A DNA stretch of 62,011 nucleotides, the filler included. It is 12 parts of 12 records of this genome, joined end to end, with 100 filler letters (N's around TTAATTAATTAA, not from the genome) between each part and the next. Parts side by side here need not be neighbours in the genome. Positions count along the whole stretch, not along the records: positions 33,032 to 36,640 come from SRR7504441_16318; positions 36,741 to 41,253 come from SRR7504441_16319; positions 41,354 to 45,402 come from SRR7504441_16328; positions 45,503 to 49,284 come from SRR7504441_16335; 8 more parts are not named here. One strand, given 5' to 3'. Positions 33,114-45,859 of the stretch are shown here, one piece after another. The translations under genes and the position numbers were made by a program. Under the pieces are notes generated by a model, which saw nothing but the letters and a program-made list of their open reading frames with translations, was not told where the DNA came from and made no database searches. How positions within the stretch are numbered: position 1 is the first letter of the stretch; each line of letters begins with the position of its first letter.

Positions 33114-36100
33114 ATGGTCCAGCCTCTTGTCCCCCAACGCCGGTTCGATTCCGCCGGCTCGGTGACCGTGCTGGCGGTCGATGCCAACGGGTACCTCTAC
33201 ACCGGCTCCGCCGACGGCTGTTGCCGCCAGTGGACCTCTTACAATACCAAGATCCCGGTGCGCGCCTACGGCGGGCACAGGGCCGAGCTGAGCGCGCTGA
33301 GCGTGCACGAGGACGTGCTGGCCACGGGCGGCGCAGACGGGCTGATATGCGCCCACCGGGTGGTGGCGGACCGGCCGTCCATGTACGTGAGTGACAGCAG
33401 CCTGCGCAAGCTGGACCAGACTGTACTAGGCCCAGCGCTGCAGGCCGACTGCGGCTCCCACCGTGTGACCGCTACCGGGTTTGGTGCGGGCTGCGTGTTC
33501 AGCGGACTAGCCGAGGGCGTGGTCCAGCGCTGGGAGTTCCCGTCAGGACGGCTTGTCGGATCGTACGCCGGGCAGCAGGCCGAGGTGACCGCGCTGCTCG
33601 TCGACAAAGACCGGCTCACCGCCGTGGGCGGGGACGGCTGGCTCCGGCGGTGGCAGCTGGACGGCCCGGAATGCGTCGACAGCGTCGAGGCTCACCAGCA
33701 GGCGGTGACGGGCCTGGCTCGCCTATCGGACCGCTTGCTTGCCACCGGCTCTCAAGACGGGAGTGTTAAGTTGTGGGCCTCCGACTCACTAGAGCTCTCC
33801 GCAACGATCAGGCCGGCCCAAGGCTCGCCAGTGGTATCACTCTGCTGCGCGTTCGAGGGCTCGGTAATCTGGTGCGACCACACTGGGCTTCTGGTCCAGT
33901 ACTGTGCTGAGCAGCGGAGGCAGCTCGCATGCTGGCAAGGCAACCAGCCGCAGCAGCTGGCTGCGGCCGAATCCGGGCTATTCGGGCGGACAGACGAGAC
34001 GGTGGTGTCTCAATACACCTCATGCGTGGTCTCCTGCCGGGCCGGATGCGGGATGCAACTCCAGCTGTCAGAGAGGAGAGCGCATGAGACTGACGAGTGC
34101 CCAGAGAGGCTCGCCGACTGCCCTCGCCGATGCGGTGCCCGCGGGTTGCGCGGTAAAGACCTGGCCAAGCACGAGGTGCCCGACCGGCTGGGCCTAGCCC
34201 AAACGACGAGTGCAGGCGGAAGAGTGCCCGGAGCGGATCGTGGAGTGCGAACTTGGATGCGGGATCGGCAGCCTCAGAGCGCGGCACGCAGCCCGGCACT
34301 GCTTTGAGTGCCCCAACCAGGTAGATAACTGGATGCACAGCCTGACCGGTCGGCAGATGGTGCATTGCCATTTCGGGTGCGGTGCCGCCAAGATGCTCAG
34401 GAGTGACTTAGCTGAGCACCAGCGCACTTGCAGCAAGCGACCGACGGCTTGCCCTTACGAGTGCGGCGAGACTGTGACTGCTCAGGAGCTCAATGAACAC
34501 ATGGATACCTGCAAGATGCGTCCAGTCCCGTGTCCGCTTGGATGTAGCGCTACGCCGATGGTCATGGTGCTCGATGAGCACATGGCTGATCAGTGTCCTT
34601 GTCGCCTGGTCGACTGCCCTAACAAGTGTGGGGAGCGTCCACAGGCCGGCCACTTGGACGCTCATCTAGCCGATCAGTGCACAGAGCGGCTCGTTCCGTG
34701 CGAGTACTGCGGCGAGTCGTTCAAAGCCAAGCGGCTGGGCGAGCATCGCGAGTCGGAGTGTGTGCACAGGCCAGTCGAGTGCCAGCTGTGCGGTGCCGTG
34801 CTCCCTGAGCTGGATTTAGCTGAACACCAAGCCACCACGTGCTCCCAAAGGCCAGTCGAGTGCCCAAACAACTGTGGGGCGTGCGATCTCTGGGCAGCTT
34901 GTCTGCACAGGCACCTGGGCGAGTGCACGCACCGGCCTGTTGAATGCCCCAGCTGTGGCGAGGGCCTTCCCCTGGCCAGCCTAGAATTTCATCAGCAGAA
35001 CAGCTGTCCGCTCCGCCTTGTGTCCTGCGAACTGGGCTGCGGCTTCCAAACCACGGCGCAAGAGCTCGAGGCACACATGAAGGATGACTGCCAGCGCCGG
35101 CTTGTGTCGTGCTCGCTCGATTGCGGCAAGAGTATGCCTGCGGAGGAGGAAGAGGCCCACCAAATGACCGAGTGCTGCAACAGATTCCTGCAGTGCGCAA
35201 AGTGCCACGGGATGGTTCGAGCCGGCAGCCGAGCAATCCACGCTCGGCAGCAGTGCCCGATGAGGATTGTCGAGTGCCGCAACCAGTGATAACCGCCCAT
35301 GCCGCAGCTGCGAGCCTTGGGTGGTAGGTGCGGGATCCAGGGCCTGACAGCGAGAGATCAGCAGCAGCACGAGATGCATGAGTGCCAGGAGCGTGAGGGA
35401 CTGCAGGTCAGCTGCAAATATGGCTGCATAGTACCCAAGAAAGAGCTAATAACGCATCAGCGCCGGTCTGACAGCTGCTTGGTGCATTGGGCTAAGCGAG
35501 TCTGGCAGCTTCTGTCCGTTTAGACCGGTGCAGTGCCGTCGAGGCTGTGGCATCACCGACCTTGTGGCAATGGACAAAGCTGACCATGAGGATCTCTACT
35601 GTCCAAACAGAGAGGTGTGCGCCGCAGTGTCTGTGCTGAACGGCTATGGCAGACAAGCTGCAAGCGGTGCGGCGAGACTTTCACTGTCAACAAGCGCGCC
35701 GCGCACGAGAAGCAATGCAAGGCCCGGCTGAGTCAGTGTGACCACTGTGGCGAGCACATGCCCTTCTGCGAGCTGCAGGTGGCTCAGGCTGGCGGAGTTG
35801 TTGTTAGGCTTGGTGGCAGGCTCACCGTGAGCAGAGCTGCCTATGGCGACAAGTGGCGTGCCTGCAATGCGCGGCTGAAATGTGCTACCACGAACTGGCC
35901 ACCCATAAGGCAACCTCCCACCCTAACAGGACCTAAGCCCTGCGCGCTCAGGCTTTGAGCTGCCCAAAGCGCCCAATGCGCTGCCCGCTCAACTGTGGGC
36001 ACGACACCAAGCTCACGTTTGAAGGGCTGCATCATCATCTTGAGAGCGTGTGCCCTCATCGCCAGGTGGAGTGCGAACTGTGCAGCGGAAGCTTCATGGC

Positions 36101-36571
36101 CGGCTCGCGGTAACAAGCATCAATGCTTGCGGCTGAGCTGGCAGGACCAGCGCTGCGCACCGCCTTGTATGTTCCAAGCGACCGCAGAGCTGCCCGCACT
36201 GCCAAGCCTCAGTTCCAGCAGACCAGATTGTTGCTCACGTACACGAGTGTCTGGAGAGACCAGTCGAATGCCCTCTTGGGTGCTGGACCCGAGGTGCCGC
36301 GAGATTGGCTGTCGGCATGACACCGGGCAGGACTGACCGCGGATAGTTGCAAGAGCCATCTGACAGATGAATGCCCAAACCGGATGGTGGTCTGCCGATG
36401 TGGAGTCGAAATAACGGCGAGTACTCAGATTGTGCTGATGGCTCACCTCAGTTGCAGGCGCGGCTGCTGACCAGTCATCAGCAAGGACTGTGTACTAGCA
36501 AGATTTCGTCCCCACTCCGTTGTCAGCCATGCTCCATTGTTAGTCACGCAACTAGCCCGCCTACGGCCTAG
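33114..36571 (+). CDS. WD40 propeller followed by a long array of TRAF-type zinc fingers
   Basis: WD40 repeats (TGSADG..RQW, TGSQDGSVKLW), then about 20 or more Cx2-3C...H...C(P)xRxVxC units. Example introns: 34176-34215 and 35286-35327. Confidence 0.85.
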
Positions 36572-36740
36572 CGACTACAGTACCTAGCGATCTATACTAT
36601 AATAAGTTTATGGAAGAGCGCGTTGAAATGAGCCTGTGCGNNNNNNNNNNNNNNNNNNNNNNNNNNNNNNNNNNNNNNNNNNNNTTAATTAATTAANNNN
36701 NNNNNNNNNNNNNNNNNNNNNNNNNNNNNNNNNNNNNNNN

Positions 36741-39700
36741 GGCACCTTCCAGCTCGAGGAGGAGGACAGAGCAGTGCAGCCGTCCCCCACAGCTAGCGAC
36801 GGCCCCTTTCAGCGCAAGCTGGGGAGCCGAACGTTCAGTCGCTTTGATCAAGACACGATACTGGCCCAGAGCCTGCGACGCTCGGAGAACAAGCGTCCCA
36901 AGCACGCCTGTGGAGCTCAAGGGGCCCGCTGCTGGGTAGAGGTGGAGGATGGTCACAATAGCGTGGGCCAGGATGATGCTGCCACGGTGCCAAAACCGGA
37001 AGCCACGGATGCTTCTCCGGCACAGGACGGACTGTCGCTAGCGGTGAATCGAGTCGACAAGAGGAAAAGAGACGATGCAGGGCTGAGATGCCTTCCCCAC
37101 AGTGGAACTCAGCGCAAGGCAAGAGCGGGAGAAAGGCAGGGCAACTGCAAGGCTACTGAACAGACTGTGACGGAAAGCACGCTAGGGGCTTACAGTGGTA
37201 AGGGCCAGGCAAAAGCGGGAAATGAGTGCTGCATCCTGTACGATGCTTCTGTGGAGGAAGTATCGTATGATACGATGGAAGAGACGCATTGGGTGTGCAA
37301 CATGACCCATCAAGGTCAGCATAGCGATTTGATATTAAGATTTTCAAGTATCCCAAGTGCAAAAGATCTTTCTGACGCAGTTGAGAGAGAGCATGACTGC
37401 AACAAATGCTCTAGTTTCTTGCCAGGCCCTCCTGAGCGCGATCTGCTCGGAGAACTCCCGATTTCAGAGCCCTTTTCAGTTAAGGTGTTCACGTCAGGCC
37501 AGCGCGCATCATGCACATACGTCCCAGATTTGCTTTGTTCAGTAAATTCAACTCAAGGAGCAGCTGGAAATGAAAAAATACACATGGATCAATGGGTCAT
37601 AGCCCAGGAAATTGCGGAACGGATTCGCCGGATTTATGATCTTGAATGGCCAGAACTTTATCAGAAGTTCAAGAAGGTGGACTTTGTCATATTCACAGCC
37701 AACCTGTGCACAGTTGCGGATCAAACCTTGCGACGAGTGGAGGCAACTGGTGTCTGTGAGGCGTCACAGGAGCCTGAAGACCGTGTCCTGCGGTACAGTC
37801 AAGCCAAGCCAGTAAAAAAGGCATTTGTTGACTTCAAGGAAAGGTGCCGCCTTCAAGTGGATACTATGTTCATCATGATCATGGACGAATGTCATTGGGG
37901 GGTGCTGAAAGGCAGCGCCCATGACGACTACATCAACGACACCTTTTTAAATCAGGCAGAAAATGTAGTGATTTTGTTGGTGTCCGCCACACCATACTGT
38001 ACCCTGACCCTTGACAGTAGGTTGCCACAACGCTTAGTCTCTAAGGACAATGACAAAGTCAGCGCTTACATCCATACAAAGTCAAATGGGAAGGAAAAGT
38101 TTTACAGCTGCAATGAAGAAGGCCAGCTATTTGAAGCAGAGCCAGATTCAAGCTCAATGACAGACCTGCACCTAGTTTCTTGGGGCGAAGTTGTGGGTAC
38201 TGGTGCTAACCCACACCGCCTATGTGGAGAGACTGAGAACTGGCACCAACGAGAAGAACAGACGCACAAGTATCTCTCGCTCGATTACATCTTCAAATCG
38301 TCACAAGAAAGCAACAAAGAGTCCAGATTGTTGCGTTGCGACGATGATTTTGAGAAATTACTGCAAATGTCTTCGTTAAAACGATTTGACCCATCAGAAA
38401 TTTTGGCAGTAGATTACGTCTTTCACTTACTTCACCAGTCCCAAAACCCTAAGGAGCATTCTGAATGGTTCGTGAATTTGCCGTATGGATTTGGCAAGAT
38501 TGCCAAGCCCTACATCAAGAGCTTCATGGGTTCACTGGAAATTATGAATAAGGTTACACCAGCCCATGTCGAAGAGGTGATTACCTCTGAGAAGATCAAT
38601 AGAGACTGCGAAACCTGGAATATAGTTGAGGGGTTGCTCAACCCGCAGAAGATTCGGATGCAAGTAATCAGAGTTGGAGAGATCAAACATGGAGAAAATA
38701 TTCTCAAGCTTCTTAAAGCAGCGAGGAGTCGTTTCGGTTTTGAGTCCAAATTCGAGTTATTGGGCGATTTCAAGGACCTCAACATCAAGAAGGAAATGGA
38801 CCGCGGCTGGTTTGACAGCCTCCAAGTGGGCCGCAAGTGTGAGCACCGAGTGGGAAAGCTGCGAGTTCGATGCACATGCGATGCGTATATCCCTCCACCA
38901 CAGCACAGTGCCAAACGCAAGATAAAAAAATGTCATGTGTGTGGGCACAGCCATAACGCTGTTTGTTCTTATGGAGACTTGTCAAACAGGTCGCTGCTAC
39001 TGATCCTAGTGGCCAAAGGACGCCTTGGGGACACTTTCCCGAAAACTTTGAGAGCCTTGGACATGCGAGCAAAGCACCGGAGTGAGACACCGAGTGTCTC
39101 TACACTGGTGCAAGAGATCGGCCGTCTCTGTGGCTATTACAAAGAGGGCGATGAAAAGCCATTTGCCCTGTTGAGTAGATCGCTGTATTCGCAAATCCAA
39201 TGCGGTTCTACTAGTCAGCCCTTGGATCTGGTTCGTAAGCTGTCGAATTTGGATAACCACATGCGTCTTAAAAATGAGTCGGTCTGGAAGAGGGAGGGTG
39301 CCAAGGCGCGGTCATTGCATGAACTGGCATCCGTGATGCGGCAATCATTTGTTGCTCGTGACAGAGACGATGGTGGCCCCTGCAAGACGATGTATGATGC
39401 AGGGAGAAGCGCAGCTGTGCCGTTCCCAAGCTCTCCAACTCTAGAGCATGTCAAAGAGCGTTATCACCTACGGAGGCTGCTGTTATTTGCAGAGCCACAA
39501 CAAGGTAAGACCGGAGCATTTCTTGGACTGATCAAGGTGGCTGCGTTTGATCATTTCGACGTAAAGGTTGGTATTCAGGTGCTTCGAAGGAGCTTGGTGC
39601 CTTCACCAGGGCTTGAAGTTAACGACGACGGATTGATAATGATGAGGGCGGGTGTGTTGGTGGTTCTGGTGACATGCTTAAAGCTAGACAGAGATGGCAC

Positions 39701-41253
39701 TTGTGACTCAGGTGATGGTAGGTGTCACATACCCAGACTACAATGTCATGCAAGGCCAGATATTTGAGCACACAGCCCAAACTCCAGGTTATGTGACTCG
39801 ACCCCACTGTAGTGAGGTCATAACGATAGTAATTGGCTCACATTTTGTGTACCTACCGTCAGAGTATCGAGGGTCTGGCCTACAACTCATTTGGTTACAG
39901 GTGTAGGCAAGTATGGTGATCCAGCTGATGATGTGGTATGGCATCATTATTTGAGTGGCAAGAGGGGCAGCGCTGTGCCCCCTGAGGTCAAGGCTGGAAG
40001 TCGCCCTTCAACAGCTGGAGCTCGCCCTTCTGGGAGCAAGCCTGCCACTAATGCTGGCAGGGTTCAGGCGCTTCAACGACCTTGCACTGGGCAAATTGAA
40101 CTATGTAGGTTTGCTCGTTATGAGGCACGCATGCCGTGTCTAACTGAACGAAGCCTGGCACAACCCCAACGTGTGAACCTCTGCGCAGCAGGGTGCAGAT
40201 TGTCCGTAACTACACGAAGCCTGGCGCACGACTTTGATACCTCAACGGCGCAACCTCAGCTGCTTGGCTTTGGTGATCAGATGAAAACCAGTAGGGTGCT
40301 GTTCCCAATTTTCATCCCGTCAAGTGGCCGCCCCACGACAGCAAGGCTCGACCTTACGGATGCAATGCAGAATGGTACAGAATCTGAAGACTGGGGCTAT
40401 GTGCAATTTGTGTGCGTCAAGAATACAGAACTTGCCGAATATGAAACTCATTCGCCGCATTTGAACTTCGTGGTGCTACCTGAGTCCGCAAATGAGCTTG
40501 GAATTGGAGCTGCGCGCTTCTTCGCCCTTAAAGTTGCTGCTCGCATCTGTCACCCGAGCTTTAGAATGATACTCATGATGGATGACAACGTCCAAGCATG
40601 GAAAGCTGTCAACATGGGGAACGACGACCCAGTGTTCGAGAGCTTGAATTACCCTCTGGAGAAATTTAAGGATTCAAGACTAGGAACAAAGAAGGACTTA
40701 CCACTTCGGGAGGTGCTCAGTCACTTCCAAGACCCAGAATTTCGAAGCAGTTTACACAAATTTGCCATGATCGGCTTTGATAGATTCGGTAGGCTAGCCA
40801 CAACAGTGGTGCAGCCATATGCTCGTCGTCATGTCTACAAAGCCGTCATCATGAACTTAGATGTAATCGGATCAGCAAATTACAAGGAGCGCCAATTTGT
40901 ATGGGAGGACTTGGAGTTCAATCTCAGAGTTAGTGGCCGGGAACGCACCAGTGGGGGAGGAAGCAAGTTGCTTGCGGAGAGGGAGGCACGGGAAAATGGC
41001 GGGGTGTGGCTTGATTTCAGCTCCAGGCGTGCAAATGGGGAAAATATTCTGCAGGAAGCTGATCAGCCTGGCCCAGGTGTGATACTGAAGTGCTATAGAT
41101 TTCAGTACATTCAAGATCAAGCAGCCACCAAGCATGGTGGCTGCAGCGAGGAAGTTCTGCGACTCGATGGAAGCAAGATGAATCATGACGTTGTGCCCGA
41201 TTCAGACGGGGTTCCGAATGGTGCTCTTGAACAAGACCCTCCCCAAGCTTCAG
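36741..41253 (+). CDS. GREB1-like protein: circularly permuted SF2 helicase plus TET/JBP-associated-type (TAGT) glycosyltransferase; both ends truncated
   Basis: Walker B DECH (37884-37895), SAT (37983-37991), KGRLGDTFP and QEIGR all precede Walker A FAEPQQGKT (about 39486-39512). Then FPIFIPSSGR, LGIGAAR, MMDDN (40581-40589) and WEDLEFN. Frames can be joined by introns 39669-39711 and 39788-39900. Confidence 0.8.
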
Positions 41254-41353
41254 NNNNNNNNNNNNNNNNNNNNNNNNNNNNNNNNNNNNNNNNNNNNTTA
41301 ATTAATTAANNNNNNNNNNNNNNNNNNNNNNNNNNNNNNNNNNNNNNNNNNNN

Positions 41354-42871
41354 CACGATAGTGAAAACATTGACACGGTGCGGCACACTGGGTGCTATTT
41401 CGGCTCTGCCACCCTCGCAATGTTCCCCGAATTCGCTAACCGAACACTCCCGGACAAGAGAACCGTGTTCGAGACCGCGCAGGCGTGGGAGCAATTCACG
41501 CATTCGTGGCTGGGCGCCAAGGCGCTTACCGGTTTCTTTGATGAGCTTGGCTCTTCAGGGTATTGGACCAGGACCTGGCCATGCATCTGGGCGCTCCACA
41601 CCCTCTCCGAGGTGGGCTCGCGCGTGCGGCAGCGTGCCGAGATGTTTATTGATCTGGCCATGCTCGAGGCTGAGCTCTCTTCGATCGCGGGGGTGCGGGC
41701 GGGGCAGAAGAGTCGCGACAAGAAGGCAACATGCCCGAGCTGCAGCCGGAGCGGAGGGGTCAATCCGGCGTTGGAGCATCATATGTATACGGCGCTCACG
41801 CCGCAGCTTTACGGCGACGATATGAACGGGCCGGTTGCGAGCTCGTATCGGGCGGGTATTTCGACTCAGCAAGTGGGCGACTACCGCATGTCGAATGTTT
41901 CTATTCTGGTGCACGTGCTCGGTGCGGCCCCGGAGACCAACGGTGTGTTCACCATGCAGAACCGAATGATGGGCCAGATCAACAGCAGCCAAGTCCAGAG
42001 CTGCACCGCTGACCGCTGTGCAGAGACGCTCCGCCCTTACCCTTGCGCATGCACAGGAGGCGGCAGCTGGCACGCACTGCTCCCTCGACCGCGACAGGTG
42101 CATGTTGTCTCCCACACGCCGGCCTATGCGCTGGCCGGGGTGGTCTTCAGTCCGAACGACGCTTTTGTAGCCAATTGCCAACAACGCGGCACCGGGCTGG
42201 TATTCTCAAATCCTGTGCACAGCGCGGTGGCGCTGCCGCATCTGACAGGCGAAAAGTGGGGTCTGGTGGACCAGGACGTGATGGTGGTCCAGCGGTGTGG
42301 ATCGTGCAACTACGGCGGGCCTGCCGGATTTAACGTGTTCAATGCATCCCAGCTCTGGAAGCGAGGCGAATGGTGGTTCATGACCGCTGGAGGTCAAGGC
42401 GCTGACACCGGCTGGGCGGCCATGCGACCGGCCTGGGGCGGTACAAACTTCACTAACGCCACATCGGGCACGGCCGAGCTGATCAGTGGCTACATATACC
42501 TCCTGGACACTTGGTCGCCGCTCGTGATTGTAGCTGCGGACGCCAAGCAATACAACAGCCTCCAGAATTTCACCACACAAATCGCAGCCGCCAAGCTCAC
42601 TGTGAACGACCAGCGCTCGAGTGTCCAGTTTGACTGGCACGGCCGGTCGTTTGGATTCACGCCAGGCCCAGCCACCTGGAAGGGCCATTGGACGCTGCCC
42701 ACAGTGGACGGCAAGCAAGTCGATGTGGATCCGCCGTTTGTTTACCGGAGCCCGCATATGAATGCCGAGCTCAACTCGCAGGTGGTCACCGCCAGTTACG
42801 GCGATTATAAGCTGGAGTACAACTTTGCCGATGATACTGTTACCCAGAAGGGACTACTCTCACGAGTATAA
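41354..42871 (+). CDS. Hypothetical protein (helical N-part, beta-rich C-part; possibly polysaccharide-lyase/heparinase-like); 5' truncated
   Basis: About 500-aa intronless ORF. The segment GFFDELGSSGY...IDLAM...GVRAG.KSR recalls uncharacterised bacterial proteins (impression only). Confidence 0.55.
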   Translation, partial: HDSENIDTVRHTGCYFGSATLAMFPEFANRTLPDKRTVFETAQAWEQFTHSWLGAKALTGFFDELGSSGYWTRTWPCIWALHTLSEVGSRVRQRAEMFIDLAMLEAELSSIAGVRAGQKSRDKKATCPSCSRSGGVNPALEHHMYTALTPQLYGDDMNGPVASSYRAGISTQQVGDYRMSNVSILVHVLGAAPETNGVFTMQNRMMGQINSSQVQSCTADRCAETLRPYPCACTGGGSWHALLPRPRQVHVVSHTPAYALAGVVFSPNDAFVANCQQRGTGLVFSNPVHSAVALPHLTGEKWGLVDQDVMVVQRCGSCNYGGPAGFNVFNASQLWKRGEWWFMTAGGQGADTGWAAMRPAWGGTNFTNATSGTAELISGYIYLLDTWSPLVIVAADAKQYNSLQNFTTQIAAAKLTVNDQRSSVQFDWHGRSFGFTPGPATWKGHWTLPTVDGKQVDVDPPFVYRSPHMNAELNSQVVTASYGDYKLEYNFADDTVTQKGLLSRV

Positions 42872-43726
42872 GCTATTGAAGCTAGCGCTCTTTGTGAGGC
42901 CTCGGCTTGAATATTAATACGAGTACTGTCTACGAGTAGTTGGCACGTCTAGTATCCGTTCATAGTGGAGTTTAAAATCTATGAACTAAAGCTCAATCAG
43001 CTGGCTAATGCGTACAAAAAGCATGCATAGGGCAATGGGGCGCTTGTTGGTTGATAGTTACGTCAGCCTCGAGTTGTCAGCCTCGTACTTTGTCCAGTAT
43101 TAAAACCGGCCCGGCTTGCTGGCAAAAAGGTAAGCACAGGCGGCCGCTGCGACCGCGGACAGCGCTGCCCCCCGAGCTCACACGCCCGAGCGCCCTCCCC
43201 GCGCACCTACGCATCGTCCCTCGCTGCCGGCAATGAACGGCAGCGCTGCTGCCAGCACGCCTGCCCCTGGCTGCGGCATGCCCGCTCGAGGGTGGCACCC
43301 GCGACACCGGCGCCGGGCACCCGATCGGCGACGGCCACTGCGGCGCCTACGGAGGCCACGCCGGCCAGCGTCTCCGAGCTGAAGCACGCTGGGCTGGGCG
43401 CGAATGGGCAGCTGGGCTTCTCGTCCTCACTCGACTGCTCAGCGCTGGGCGCCTTGGTGCTGGCTCGGGCGATGAACCCTGCGGTGGGATCACTGAGTTG
43501 GGACCGCGCGGGGTGGACCGATCCCGTTGACCATCAGCGCGGTGGCCGCCACGTTGGCGACATAAAAGCGAGTGTCCCTCTCTGACATTTGTGTGATTTG
43601 TGCAACGGATCTGCACACAAATCGCCGGTGGAAACGTGAACTGCTTGCAAGCAAGGAGGGCTAGATTATTCTGTTTACTCTAAACAAGTATCCATAAACG
43701 AAAGAGACTATTCAGTTCTTCTACAA

Positions 43727-45402
43727 TCACGGTTTAGTAGCATTGAATTGTGCAATTGTGAACGAGTAGCCTGGAAGTGAGAGCGTGCCACCGCTACCCA
43801 ACGTCACTGTCCTGGTGGTCGGACTGACCAGTGTTGGAGCTCCAGGCGGATTCGCAGCTCCAAGATCGGTGGCTGTCAGCACTGTGACAGTGGCGCTCGG
43901 GCTGGTCTTCATTCCCTGAATCTGGACCACCAGACTGACAGCGTCCTTTTGACTGTTGACCAGCATAACGCGCAGCTGCGAGCCGTCAGCTGCCTGCTGG
44001 GCTGAGCCACTCAGGCCTGATGGCACATCGAGTTCGAGTGCATCCGGCAGCCACGTTTCATGGATCATCTTGTGCACGTATCCCGGTGGCTGGATCCACG
44101 AGCCATTGGGCAGAAAGAAGCTGATGCCTTGATCAAACCCATCAAAGTGGCCCGATCGCTCGGTGCAGAAACTTGCGGTCCGGGCCTTGATTCGGCCGAT
44201 GCTGTCGGCACTGGTGGCTGGCACATGCTGGGTGAAGAAATCGTTGAGGTCGGTGGCCTCGGCCAGTGCACGCTTCATCTCATGGTGCCCGTCGTTGGTC
44301 TCGAGATTGAGCATCCCCTCGCTCTGATTGGCAACAAACATCTTCTCGGCAATCTCGACCGCACCGCCCGCTCCGACGTGGAAATCCTCAAGAATGTGGT
44401 CCTTCAATCCAAGAGCCTCAGCACGAGCTGCGTCGGCTGGCTTGAGCCACTGATTGTTGTTGGGAGAGATGTAATAGAGCTCCCCAGCCTTGCCTACCTC
44501 TTGCGCCCGCTGCTCCATGGCGGCGACCTGTGGCACAACTCAGTTGATGATCAATCAGGCGCCACCTGCTCAACAAAGTCGCTATTGTATTGCTCGTTGC
44601 CCAACTCCACAAACCGCAGCTTGTACGGCTCCGGGTGTCCATCTGCCGCCCGGAGAGCTCCCCACTGGGTGCTCGAATTGCCCCAGCAGTACTCGACCAG
44701 ATCTGCCATGTCAGCCGGTGCGCAGCAGCCGGTTGTCTGGCCAGTTGTGGTGATGATCGGCTCAAAACCGGCAGCTGAGCACATGTCGATCATCTCAAAC
44801 GGACCCCACGACGAGATCAGATTGGCGCCCCAGGTGGCCCCGACGCTAGGCCGCGACTCGAGAGGCCCGCGCCAGTTTTTCCAGAAGTAATAGCCCGGGT
44901 CAGTGAACGATCCGCCTTGTCGAATGGCTTTGATGCCCATCGATTGAAGTGTCTCGACCGTGTCTTTGATAACCGAAAGCCCGGAGAACCGGCCCCAGTC
45001 TCCCGGTTCGAGCCACACAAAGTCAACCAGCGCCGCGCCCGGCTGGCTCAGCCCCACGGCAAACTGACCGCCACAACGGACACAAATGTGACCTGGGCCG
45101 GAGCCCATCTTCCCGCAGTCCACTGAAGGGTCGGACCCCGGCACGATCCCAACGCACTCAGTCCCAGCGGCCGGGGTGAGCCTGAAGCTGAGCCTGGACC
45201 AGTTGCCGCCTCCAAACTTGAGCGTTTGCTCAGCGAGCTGCTTCCCTGCCGGGACAGGCGCGGGCGGCTCGGGGTCTGATCGAGCCCATATCTGTGTGGC
45301 CACGCCGTGATACGGCTCAGGCGCGGAGCATTTCGAATAGATCCGACAGCCGTCATCCTCGAAGTAGGTGATGTGCGTGCACTGGTTGTGAAGGTTACAT
45401 TG
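43727..45402 (-). CDS. GH51 alpha-L-arabinofuranosidase-like glycosidase; 5' truncated
   Basis: GIKAIRQGGSF, DLVEYCWG...WGALRAADGHPEPY, VELGNE, NLETN and a C-terminal beta-sandwich (LPGYSFTI). Intron at 44528-44565. Confidence 0.82.
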
Positions 45403-45502
45403 NNNNNNNNNNNNNNNNNNNNNNNNNNNNNNNNNNNNNNNNNNNNTTAATTAATTAANNNNNNNNNNNNNNNNNNNNNNNNNNNNNNNNNNNNNNNNNN
45501 NN

Positions 45503-45769
45503 GAGCAGCGTGAGCTGGGCCGCCTCAGCGCCGGTGCCGTCCGTTGCCTCCAGGAACCGCTCGTATGCTAGCGCCGCCTCGGCTTTGGCCTCGGGCTCCG
45601 GCTCCGGCTCCGGCTCGGGGGGTGGCTGGGCAGCCTCGGGTGGGGGCTGGTTCTGCTGGCTGTCGAAGTACATCTGGACGGCGAAGTCCAGGTTGCCTCC
45701 GGCCATATCCACCCAGCGCTCCGCCTCCTCAAACGGGAGTCCGGTCATCCCGGCGAAGGCCTCCGCCAT
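45503..45769 (-). CDS. UBA-like domain protein, N-terminal fragment
   Basis: FAGMTG...AERWVDMAGGNLDFAVQMYF followed by a PEPEPE linker. Confidence 0.6.
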
Positions 45770-45859
45770 GCTGCTGAAGAGACCGGTAGGCTCACCGCGC
45801 CAACTGCCCGAGATTTTCCGTTACCAAAGGGTCACAGCGCCGGCGGTGCAAAACGGCCG

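Noticed and set aside
36641-41353. Functional linkage of the GREB1-like gene to neighbouring genes
   Set aside because: It fills its own contig, and adjacency across spacers is artificial.
43170-43590. GC-rich island with a GDGHC string resembling an OTU catalytic motif
   Set aside because: No coherent ORF or splice model supports it.
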